17,886 nucleotides of DNA from Selaginella moellendorffii (taxonomy: Eukaryota; Plantae; Lycopodiophyta): contig NW_003314301.1 of NCBI RefSeq assembly GCF_000143415.4, positions 132,133-150,018 of the forward strand, read 5' to 3'. Under the pieces are notes generated by a model. It ran no database searches. It was not told the origin of the DNA and saw only the letters and a program-made list of their open reading frames with translations. Of this stretch, positions 1-10,159 are shown piece by piece. The position numbers and the translations under genes were made by a program. Each line of letters opens with the position of its first letter. Within the stretch, counting starts at the first letter, position 1.

Positions 1-607
1 TTGGGTGGGAGTGAGCATGGACTTGGGTGGGGCCGGAGGGGCTACCCAAGGAAGTGCTCAAGAGCAGCTCTCACTCCCAAAAGGAAAACCGATTGTGGTG
101 CTCTTAGCTCATGTGGAGTGGTGCCCCACTTGAGTACCTTATGGCTCATTGGTCCTTGCTTTTCCTAGGGACTTGGGCCTTCCCTTTGGGATAGAAGAAG
201 TGGGGTAGAGGTACTCATACCATGCCATTAGGCCACGGTGTCCTGAATCAAGTGTTGCACCCAAGGCTTGGAATTTAGAGGGTCCCATGATCAAGTTTTG
301 TTGTACCAAGGGATGTTAAGAACTTGGAGGCTTGGTGTGTTTGGTTGCTTGTGCTTGTGGGGAGTGTAGTCGAACCTTAAGTCCAATTTAACCCGGGGAG
401 GGGGATTGAGAGAGATTTGGGAATCCGTGGATGGATGAATTACGCTCCATTGCTCGTGCAGTAAGTAGTTGAAACCAAGTAGGACCAAGTAAAAGTTGGT
501 ACAATAGGTGGGAACCTTGGCAAGGGAACTTAGTAAAAGCCAAGGTAGTGTTGGTCGGATAGACAAGGTAAGCTGGCAAATTGGAAAGGAAAAATTTGTG
601 GCTTACA
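1..607 (+). mobile_element. 3' part of an LTR (3' or solo LTR), truncated by the window edge
   Basis: Ends GGAAAAATTTGTGGCTTACA (607), resembling the LTR ends GAAAAAATTAGTCACTTACA (5170) and GAAAAATTTAGTCGCTTACA (5920). Composition drops to AT-rich after 607, and no PBS follows. Confidence 0.45.
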
Positions 608-844
608 AATGATATGTAGAGAGTTCTAAATGTATAATAGTGCTAGTAGTCAAAATCATGGTTAACTATCTAAGATATTAATTTGGCTTTTATTGTACTG
701 TATTGCTCTTTATTTTAAATTAAACCCAAGTTTTATATTGCTTTAGTTAGTGGGGTACCCTCCTCCTTACATTAAGCCATCAATATGCCAAAATTGTAGT
801 AGATATTATCTAATACTATTTTGCATGCAAGAACCCCCACAACC

Positions 845-905
845 CCACCAAATCTCCTAACCCTACCCTCTCAAGGAATGCATGCTTTAGGCTTCAACCC
901 CAGTC
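845..905 (-). repeat. Very degenerate remnant of the 3327-5170 LTR family
   Basis: Reverse complement GGGGTTGAAGCCTAAAGCATGCATTCC resembles GGGTGAAAGCCCAAAGCGTTCATCTCC (4173-4199). Confidence 0.3.
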
Positions 906-1659
906 CCAAAAGTTAGTCTTTGGGACAAGTTTGAAAACTTGTTAAATATGGAATTGTATTAAATATGAGAACAACACCATGGGGTTTATAACACTCTCTA
1001 CTTTTTGTAGATATACCTCTTGAGCACATCTACACACTTACTATAAATAGTATATAAATCCAAAACAGGACTTATTATACATAAGGTATGATATCAAGGG
1101 TGTCTAGCGGATACGAGTTCAATTCCCATTGGTTAGTGGTTACTTAAAATATAATATACCCTTGAATAAAGTATATTTCCACCCTTAAAATTGAAATCAT
1201 GCATATAAGGCATCCATGAGTAAGGTATCCACCATAGGAATGCAATACGGGTGAATGGATAGTTGTCTCACATAAAATAGATAGTCTATACAATGGAAGG
1301 ATTGAAAAATTCAATGTAAAAATGAAGGTGGTAGTTCCCTTTGGCTCAGTAAGGGTTGTTAATTAATAGTCAATAAAGAGATTAAAAGTGTAGCAAATGT
1401 GATCATGGAATGCAATTTAGATATATTGTCAATATGAATCTTTGGAACCTTGGGGGATAAATAAAGATAAATTAACCATTAATAACTCTCTTATTAAGCA
1501 ATTGCTCCTTTTCCAATTAGTTTAAGGGGAGAAAGATAAAATGTGCTACAAGTCCCAACCCCAACTAAATTTAGAAGTACTAATAGAGAGAGAGTTCTTT
1601 TAAGATTAAATCCTTAACCTCACTTTTTGTATTATACTTTTCGAACCCCTTGCAACAGC

Positions 1660-1810
1660 CAACCCCCCCCAAAAGATGATCACTTTGGGCTTTCACCCCA
1701 GAACCTATATTAATATTCGGACTCGGTTTTGTACTTGATCTTGGACTCGGTCTTGGACCTAATTTTATGTTTTAAACTTGATCTCAAACTTGGTTTTAAA
1801 CTTGATTTCA
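1660..1810 (-). repeat. Degenerate inverted fragment of the same LTR family (end of minisatellite plus the following motif)
   Basis: Reverse complement reads GGTCCAAGACCGAGTCCAAG...CCGAGTCCGAA...GGGTGAAAGCCCAAAGTGATCATCT, matching 3010-3090 and 4100-4200. Confidence 0.55.
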
Positions 1811-2734
1811 TTTGACAAACTTTTTAACATTCCAATTGTGATTTTAGGGGATCTTTTAACATATAACACTTTGGTGAGTTAGTTCCTTACATCATAGTTG
1901 TCTAAAAGGTGAGGAATAGCCTTAGCAAGCCTATTTGCAAGCTTAGCAATGCAAATATATAGAAGCCTCTTTTTATCCAAAAGATAAATCCCTCATCAAA
2001 GGCAAGCCCACTTTCCTAGAAACAATCTCATTTTAATTGGCAAGCCTAATTACACCAAAAGGCCTAAGTTGCCCTTGGACTTCAAACTTTTTCCTTTAAT
2101 ACTTCTAGACCCAAGATTTCTCTATATTACTTGATGATGCTCTTACCAAACATTTGGATCTTTCAACATTCTACTAATGAATCATATTGCAGTTTTGCTA
2201 TAACTCTTTCTAGAAGCTAGCACTTTAATTCCTTATACCCAACCCTTATAATCTTTAATTTTGCCATCTAACAATCTTTTTCCTCTATCATCCACTATAT
2301 CAGTCATGTGCATCAAACCCAATATAGACTATTCTCCTAACTTTCTCTAACATAAACTCATCTTTGGTATTTGCAAACTATATATGCTAAGTTGGGAAAA
2401 TGCTAAAATTCAAGTTGGCTTTTGGATATTAATGCCACCCACCATATAATATTGGATCAAATTGATGTTAGACACAAATCCCTAAACCCCAAAGAGGAGC
2501 AGAAAGGATGCCACATGGTAATGGTTAAAGCAAAAGTCTAACAAAGGTAACATGTTTGGACAAAAAACTCTGACTCAAAAAGTCGAGAGTGGGAATGAAA
2601 CTCCAAACAAAGTGCTCAAGGAATGAGCATGAAGCAATCAATGAATGAGTCTCTAAAAAGGGACACAAGAAGGACTAACATATGCCAAATGTTGTGATAC
2701 ATAGAAGTGTCAAGAATGAACCTTAAAAAGAGTC

Positions 2735-3064
2735 TGATATGGACTTGAGATAGACCCAAGATGGAGTCCAAGATGGAATCTAATATGGACTTGAGATGGA
2801 CCTAAAATGGAGTCCAAGATGGATCTGAGATAGACTTGAGACGGAGTCTAAGGTGGACCCAAGAGGAAATCCAAGATAAACTCAAGATGGAGTCCGAGAT
2901 AGACCTGAGATGGAGTCCAAGGTCAAATCCAAGATGGACCTGAGATGGAGTCTAAGGTCGAGGCCGAGAAAGAGATTGAGACCGAGATTGAGATCTAGAC
3001 CTAGAACGAGTCCAAGAGCGAGTCCAAGACCAAGTCCAAGTCCGAGTTTGAGTCCGAGTCTGAG
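2735..3064 (+). repeat. Decayed GAGATGGAGTCC/GAGATGGACCC minisatellite in the older LTR
   Basis: Same units as 3564-4170, with CCGAG decayed to CCAAG/CTGAG/TTGAG. Confidence 0.8.
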
Positions 3065-3326
3065 GGTGAAAACCTAAAGTGATCATCTCCTAGACCCTAG
3101 GGGGTTTGGTGAGCTCAAAAAGTATAGTAGAGGGAGGACTTTAGTGGAAGCAATTTGGTTAGGAAATGTTAGTGTGACTAAGGAATGCTATACCCACATG
3201 GTGGGTGATGATATAACCATTGTCCAAGGCTAAAGTGAATATAAATGGACAAGTGGGGTAATTTGGTAAAGTGTTCAAAAGCTGGCTCTAGGTCCTTCAG
3301 AAGATTAAATGGTCGATGCTCCCAAT

Positions 3327-5170
3327 TGTGAGACACAAAATCCCTAGGCCCCAAAGTGGAGCCGGAAGGGTGCCACGTGGTAGTGGCCGAAGTGAGAGCC
3401 AAACAAGCGTAACATGTTTAGACTAAAAGCTCCGACTTGATAGGTCGAGAGCGGGAGTGGAACTCCCAACAAAGTGCTCGAGGAATGAGCACGAAGCGAG
3501 CAATAAGCAAGGCTCTAAAAAGAGGACCCAAAAAGGACTAACACATGACACATGGAAGTGTTCGAGATGGACCTGAGATGGAGTCCGAGATGGAGTTTGA
3601 GGTGGAGTTCGAGATGGACCCGAGATGGAGTCCAAGATGGAGTCCGAGGTGGAGTCCGAGATGGACCCGAGATGGAGTCCGAGATGGACCTGAGATGGAG
3701 TCCGAGATGGACCCGAGATGGAGTCCGAGATGGAGTTCGAGGTGGAGTCCGAGATGGACCCGAGATGGAGTTCGAGATGGACCTGAGATGGAGTCTGAGA
3801 TGGAGTCCGAGGTGGAGTCCGAGATGGACCCGAGATGGAGTCCGAGATGGAGTCCGAGGTGGAGTCAGAGATGGACCCAAGATGGAGTCCGAGATGGACC
3901 TGAGATGGACCAAGATGGAGTCCGAGATGGACCCGAGATGGAGTCCGAGATGGACCGAGGCGGAGTCCGAGATGGACCCGAGATGGAGTCCGAGATGGAC
4001 CGAGACGGAGTCCGAGATGGAGTCCGAGAAGGACCCAAGATGGAGTCCGAGGTCGAGACCGAGACCGGGACCGAGACCGAGACCAGGACTGAGACTGAGA
4101 CCAAGTCCAAGGCCGAGACCAAGCCCGAGCCCGAGTCCAAGTCCGAGTCCGAGTCCGAGTTCGAGTCTGAGAGGGTGAAAGCCCAAAGCGTTCATCTCCC
4201 AAACCCTAGGGGGTTTGGTGAGCTCCAAAAGTATAGTAAGGGGGGAGGACTACAGTGGAGCTAGTTTGGCCAGGAAAGGCCAGTTTGGCCCAGGAAGGCC
4301 AGACCCAGTGTTGGGTGAAGAACTGACCACTGGGAAGTCCAAGTCTAGAGTGAATATGGACCGACAAGCGGGGTAGCTTGGTGAAGTGTTCAAGATCCGG
4401 CTCTAGTTCCCCCGGGAGATCGACTGGCTGATGCTCCCAGTCCAAGTGTGGGTGGCACCACCTACTTGGATACCAGGCGTGGCTCAACGGAACCTCGCTT
4501 TAAGCCCATGGCTAGAGCACCTAAAGGCAGAAGGTGGGGAGAGTACCCACGGGGCTCGCGTAGGCCCATGGTGTTCCAAAATGTTGTCCCGGAGTCCCAA
4601 ATGGGGGAAAGGAGGAGGAGCAGTCCTCTAGTGTAGTGACTAAGGATACAGTCACATGGTGAGGAAATCCCAGAGGACCATAGGACTTAGTGGTCGGGCC
4701 GGTGGGCCTTGATCTAGTGGCAGTGTTGGCGAACATGGCCATGGACAGAAAAGGGACTTGGTAGGAACTGATAAAGGGATATTGGGGAAGGCCACTCCCC
4801 ATGTCTGTGGGCATCCTAAGGATGCTAAGGAGTGGATCTGGGATGACCATTTGTGGACGGATGGCCCAGTCTTAGAGAGATAGGATTGTGATGCTAGTGG
4901 TATTGGACCACTAGCGCGGCAAAGGTGAATGGGCATGGCCTTAGCGTAACGGGCTGATATGTCAATGGTACCTTTGGGTGTCGGTCTTGGGACCGGACAC
5001 GTGGAGCACTTGGACTAAGTGCAAGGGATGAGTGGCATGGATGCCATTCTCGGGGCTAGCAAATCCCAAGTCCTGAATTGGACTTAAGGAGGTTTTGAAT
5101 GAGACTCCTCCAAGTGGTCGAAGGTGTGGTTAAGTGACTACAGTAGAATGGAAAAAATTAGTCACTTACA
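3327..5170 (+). mobile_element. Solo LTR (1844 bp) with 5-bp target-site duplication CCAAT
   Basis: TGTGAG...CTTACA termini. CCAAT is present at 3322-3326 and 5171-5175. Removing the insert restores the contiguous host LTR sequence GATGCTCCCAAT-CCAAGTGTGGG. Confidence 0.9.
3564..4170 (+). repeat. LTR-internal minisatellite: 12-bp GAGATGGAGTCC and 11-bp GAGATGGACCC units grading into 6-bp GAGACC/GAGTCC units
   Basis: Directly visible tandem units. It explains the low-complexity ORFs at 3423-4264 in several frames. Confidence 0.95.
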
Positions 5171-5923
5171 CCAATCCAAGTGTGGGTGGCAACTTGGGTA
5201 CCTAATATGGCTCATCAGAACCTCATTCTAGCCACATGGATAGGGCATCCAGGGGTAAAAGGTGGGGAGAGTGACCATGAGGCTTGTATAGAGGTACAGT
5301 GTTTTGAAATGTTGTCCCAAAGTCCTAGACTATAGAAAGGAAGAGGAGTAGTCATTTTGTGTAGTGACCAAGGATGTGGTCATATAGCAAAAAAGTCTTA
5401 GAGGTTAATAGGATATAGTGGTTGGGCCTTCAGGCCCTAACCCACTAGTAATGTTGGCTAACATAGCCAGAGACTAAGAGGGACTTAGTGGGGACTGAAA
5501 AAGGGATGTTGGGGAAAGTTGTTCCTCATGTCTCTAAACATCCTAAGGATGCTAACAAGTGGTTTTGGGATGACCACTCATGGATAGATAGCCTAAGTCA
5601 TCCATAGGCTAACTCTAGTTTTTGAGAGACGAGACAATGGCATGAATGGTCTAAGAATACCAATAAGATAAGGGTAAATGGACTTAGCCTTAGCATAACA
5701 AGCTGATATGTTAGTAGTACCTTTGGGGTGTTGATCATGGGATTGAATATATGGAGTGCTTGGACCAAGTGCAAAGGCTGAGTGGCATAAATGCCATTCA
5801 CGGGGCTAGCAAGTTCCCAAGTCTGGAATAGGATTTATGGAGGTTGTGAGTGAGACTCTTCCAAGTGGTCGGAGGTGTGGTTAAGTGATTAAAATAGTAT
5901 GAAAAATTTAGTCGCTTACAACT

Positions 5924-5934
5924 TGGTATCAAAG
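5924..5934 (+). promoter_or_regulatory. Primer-binding site (tRNA-iMet type) of the LTR retrotransposon
   Basis: TGGTATCAAAG lies 3 nt after the LTR end CA(5920). The plant consensus is TGGTATCAGAGC. Confidence 0.8.
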
Positions 5935-6375
5935 TTATTTCGTAGTCTAACTCTTATTGGTGGTGGAGTATATCATCACTCGTATTAGCACCAGAGTGGG
6001 CTTATCCTTGAAGAGGAGCATGTCAAGATGGCATGACTCTCCACTTTAGTTCATACGCAAATATGTAAACAATATGGTGGATAGAAAAGATCCAATAAAG
6101 GAATGATTTTGGGATTTTAGGAATAGTATAAAGTCTTCCTTAGAGAGTTGAGGATGTGATGCAGATGAGCGTTTGACTTAGCAAATTGGCTAATTTGGTT
6201 TTGATAAACAACTATAGTTGGGATCATGGGAAAATATTGCAAATGTGACTATGGGTATCAAAAGTTATATGTCAGCTAGTCTTTTTGGATATTCTTTCCT
6301 TACTGCGACAATGGCAGAAAGTCGGTATTGCTGGATCCTTTATCAGTTCCCACTTGAGTTAGTTGCCCTAAGAAA

Positions 6376-6475
6376 NNNNNNNNNNNNNNNNNNNNNNNNN
6401 NNNNNNNNNNNNNNNNNNNNNNNNNNNNNNNNNNNNNNNNNNNNNNNNNNNNNNNNNNNNNNNNNNNNNNNNNNN
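6376..6475. other. Assembly gap (100 N)
   Basis: Run of N. Confidence 1.
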
Positions 6476-7997
6476 CTTCGTTAGCTTTGGCATTATAAAG
6501 TTTGGCTTATGGATATGTTGAAAAAGATATTATGGGTTGTACCATAATTTCTTCTTTACCATTGAAATTAGTTTATGCGAGATTTGTGATCATTGTTAGG
6601 CATGACTTGGTTATAGACTTTTTCAAGCTTTTGGTTCCTTGAGTTTATACGCTCATTGTTCTATTTGTGAGAAATTGTTAGGGAAGGCATTTTAGCTCAT
6701 TAGGTTCGATATTGATATTAGTATTTGCATTTGGCAATCATTGGTGATGATTGAATATCATCTTGGGATAATCAATTATTCTTATTAAAGGTTTTGTTTG
6801 ATTATTGTTAATATAGAATGATTTGCCATTCTTCAGGATGGTGGATTCTTTCTTTGATGATGATTATACATCTCTTTATTGATAAAATGATTGATAATTT
6901 TTCATTGTAGTTATTTTCTTTGATAGTTTTTGGCTTTTCACATTACCACATATTCTTTGTGGTTTGTTTTGGATTGGTCTTTTGGGTTTGAGACATTGGT
7001 AGGATGTTGTTGACGCTTGCTTAAACAATTTGAGTTCTTTTGTATTATTGACCGGGATCTATTCAGATTAGCTAGTGTGATAGTTAGCATGAATGAATGT
7101 TTGTTGGTCTTGCCACATTCATTTTATTCTGTTAATTGTTGCTATGGTTAGTTTTGATAGATTAAATGTTATTTCCTTCGGATGATCCATTCGCAAGCAT
7201 TTTGCTTGTCAGTCAATAATACTTTGTGTTCTTTGAGTTATCTTTGGTAAGTTGTTTAACATCCTATCTCGAGTTTTCTAGATGATACACTTGCTATTGA
7301 ATTTTGTTGGATGGTGAATCCTATGTTTTCCAATTATGATGATCTTTATGGTTCCTATACTTTAATATTGGTTTATCAAATGATAACTTAATTAGAATAC
7401 TTTTGTGTTCTAATCTAAGATTTATTCACTAATATTAAGTCTCAGATATCATTGTCTTTGACTTTGATATTGTTTAGTTATTGATCTTTCTATTTGTGCC
7501 AGTATAAGCAGACTGGCTTTAGCACTTCATGTGCATGGTGAAATCTTTAGTTATGAGACAGCTATTGTTCACTAGTCACATCACTTGCCTCTTTGTCAAT
7601 GTTCCTTATTTTGGTAAAAGGGCATGACCATGTAAACAACTTTAACTACCTATTTACAGTAATCTATCTAAACCTTATTGATGGGTTTGGTTTCTTTGTT
7701 TAAAAGGGTTGGGACCTCTAGCTTCTCTCTTTATGTCCCTATGAGTAGGGGCATATCACATTTTTGTAAGTTGGGTGACACTTAGAGTAACAAGGATGGT
7801 TGACTCTATTGGTCATTTCTTTGTCGGTGACAGTTGGAAGGTGTTTGAGTTGGTAGCATGTTAAACAAAGGTTACCCTAACTCATTTAAATTGGTGTATT
7901 TCTTATATAGTGTGATCATTATGAACTTTTTCTGAAATTTTTTTCTTGGTAGTGTTCTAGACTAGAGTATACATCAACGAGGATGTTGATCTTCCCT

Positions 7998-8010
7998 AAG
8001 GGGGGGAGAG
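7998..8010 (+). promoter_or_regulatory. Polypurine tract (PPT)
   Basis: AAGGGGGGGAGAG immediately 5' of TGTCATG (3' LTR start). Confidence 0.8.
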
Positions 8011-8492
8011 TGTCATGAATGTGACTACAGGTATCGAAAGTTACTTGTCGACTAATCCTTTCGAATATTCTTTCCTTACTATCACGACGGTAGGAAGTCA
8101 ATATTATTGAATCCTTTATCAGTTCCCACTTGAACTAATTGAGAAACTGATCAATGCCCGTGCATTTAAATCAGATAAATATAAGGTAGGAATGCTATGT
8201 GTTTCTTAATGAGCATATTCGGCTTGGTTTGAGAAACTCTTGTCATTAGCTTGCACTTGTTAGTATCAAGAACCCCCGCAATATTGATCTTGGTCCCTCA
8301 ATATTTGCTAGATGATAGTTTATTGTGTCTACCAAACACCCTTGCTATCATGCACTTTGTATTAGTTTATTGAAACTCAGGTTTTACTCTGTTGTCCTTT
8401 GGACATGTGGCACATGGAGGGTTTAGTTTCCGCTTCATGGTTATCCTATGGTAAATCACTATAGGATAAAGGTGAAAATCATGTGTGTTACA

Positions 8493-9520
8493 TAAAGATA
8501 AAGACTTCAAGACAATAAAGGAATCACAAGATTATTCTCATATAGTTGAGGTTAGTGCTCATGAATTTAAAACTAGAATTAATGATTGTGGAAGGTTGAA
8601 TATGAATGAAGACACAAGTCCTTGAAATGGTAATAGGGGCTATTTTTAATAAATGCAAGAACAACCCAAGGAGTTGGGGGTATACTTAGAGGATGAGTCA
8701 ATATTCTTATTATTTAGACGGACAGTCTTAAAGGGCAAAGGTAACTCATAAGGAACAAAAAATAATCAAGTGTCAGAGTAACACTTGCAAAGATGATATT
8801 TATGAGTAGGACATGAATAAAAGTAGTTATATTCCAATTAGCTAGCACCTCAAAAGTAGTCATAAGGCTAAGATCTTACGGGTCGTCAGATTAACAAAGT
8901 CCAAAAGCTAAATGACTCAGTGGAGAGATTTTAGATTTTTGGATGGTTCTAAAAGATTAATGAAAGATTTTAGACTAAGGTGGGTTGTACTTTATAAAAG
9001 ACTGTGAGGATTATGAAATCCAAATATAAGAATAGTGAGTATCTCATTGATGGCAAAATATAGTCATGAAAAGGTGTTCATAAAAGAAAGCAACTTTAGC
9101 AAAGAGTTGTGTGTGAATACTATATTCAAGTGCTAATTAATAGTTAGCATAAAAAATGACTACTATTATCATGGCAAAGACCTAAATACAAGTGAGAAAT
9201 GTTGTAAAGATAGGCTTATAGAGCCGATGGTGTAGAGACATCAAATGTGCCAAGATATGATACTTTGAGGTTAAGTTAGTGAGTTCATAAGAACCTCTTG
9301 CCAAAAAAATCCCAATAGAAATAGGAATAACATGGCATAATTTGGAAGGCATGCAATTAGAGTATGGTGACCTAAATAATGGTGGAGGTGTGCCAGTAAA
9401 ATTTAACAATTATGAGACAGCTAAGCAAAAGGTGCAACATAATTGTTGGATTAGTAGAAGTTAATTTAGAGTAGCGCAACAGAAGCGTGGTCTTAAAGGT
9501 TGTCATGAGATAAAGGAGCG
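8493..9520 (+). pseudogene. A-rich decayed retrotransposon internal (gag-region-like) sequence, possibly the continuation of the element whose PBS is at 5924
   Basis: Based only on position and purine-rich composition. No intact motif recognised. Confidence 0.3.
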
Positions 9521-9530
9521 TGGACCATAC

Positions 9531-9574
9531 TTGAGCTCACGAGCTGAAGAGTTGAGCTCACGAGTTGAGCTCAA
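9531..9574. repeat. Terminal/subterminal repeats TTGAGCTCACGAG x2 plus the palindrome TTGAGCTCAA
   Basis: Copies at 9531-9543, 9552-9564 and 9565-9574. Confidence 0.8.
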
Positions 9575-10159
9575 TTTTCAATTGTAATTTAGTACAAACA
9601 TTATAAACTTTAAAATTTTAAAGTTATGGTGAACTTAATAATTTCATAACTCTCTATATATTATATAGATAAAAATGTTCTAAAGGACACTTCTTGTTCT
9701 AATAATTTAAATATTTACTACATGCAATAATAGAGACGTTTGTTAGAATATAAAATAAAATTTTTGCAAAAAGAGTATTCTTGTCACTTCTTTAAATTTG
9801 TACACTGTGCTTTCTAGCTAGTAAATGTCAGGTTCGTCAGAATTTTAAAATTATTAAATTTGACTTAAGATTCTATATAAGGCCATATAACCATTTGAAA
9901 GGAAAAAAAAACAACTATGATGGTACATATGCTCTCACAATATATTGTAACATCATACACCCGAAAGACTATCTCGAAATATTTTTTGAGAAGGTAAAGA
10001 CAAAAATGGAGACTCACAAATACTATGGGTAATATTGCGAAAAGAACCTCACAAGTATATGAAATGAAAAGTGAAATAATAAAATATTTTTATTAATTAT
10101 ATAAGGTATAATTAGTTTATATTATTGATAGAGAATAAACATCGATAGTGCTGGAAAAT

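Larger units (their letters stand above)
2466..5920 (+). mobile_element. Older 5' LTR of an LTR retrotransposon (2466-3326 + 5176-5920), split by a younger LTR of the same family
   Basis: Starts TGTTAGACACAAATCCCTAAACCCC (compare TGTGAGACACAAAATCCCTAGGCCCC at 3327). 2466-3326 is colinear with 3327-4441 and 5176-5920 is colinear with 4442-5170. Ends GCTTACA, directly followed by a PBS. Confidence 0.8.
6235..8492 (+). mobile_element. Second, heavily decayed LTR retrotransposon family (LTR start at 6235, 3' LTR from 8011; right end uncertain, about 8410-8492)
   Basis: 6235-6365 aligns without gaps to 8011-8141 (about 100/131 identical by hand, mostly transitions). 8011 begins TG directly after a polypurine tract. 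The internal part is T-rich and no protein motif could be recovered. Confidence 0.65.

Noticed and set aside
3564-4170. CRISPR-like repeat array
   Set aside because: Units are contiguous 11-12-mers without unique spacers, and the context is a eukaryotic LTR.
3423-4264. 200-260 aa ORFs on both strands (WSPR, EMES, LGLHLG, SISDS repeats)
   Set aside because: By-products of the stop-poor LTR minisatellite, with no domain content.
6476-7997. Assignment of the retroelement internal region to Copia or Gypsy
   Set aside because: Too decayed to read RT, RNaseH or integrase motifs by eye. It needs a frameshift-aware HMM search.
8441-8469. Small hairpin TTATCCTATGG..CTATAGGATAA
   Set aside because: A short AT-rich stem near a decayed LTR end, with no supportable function.
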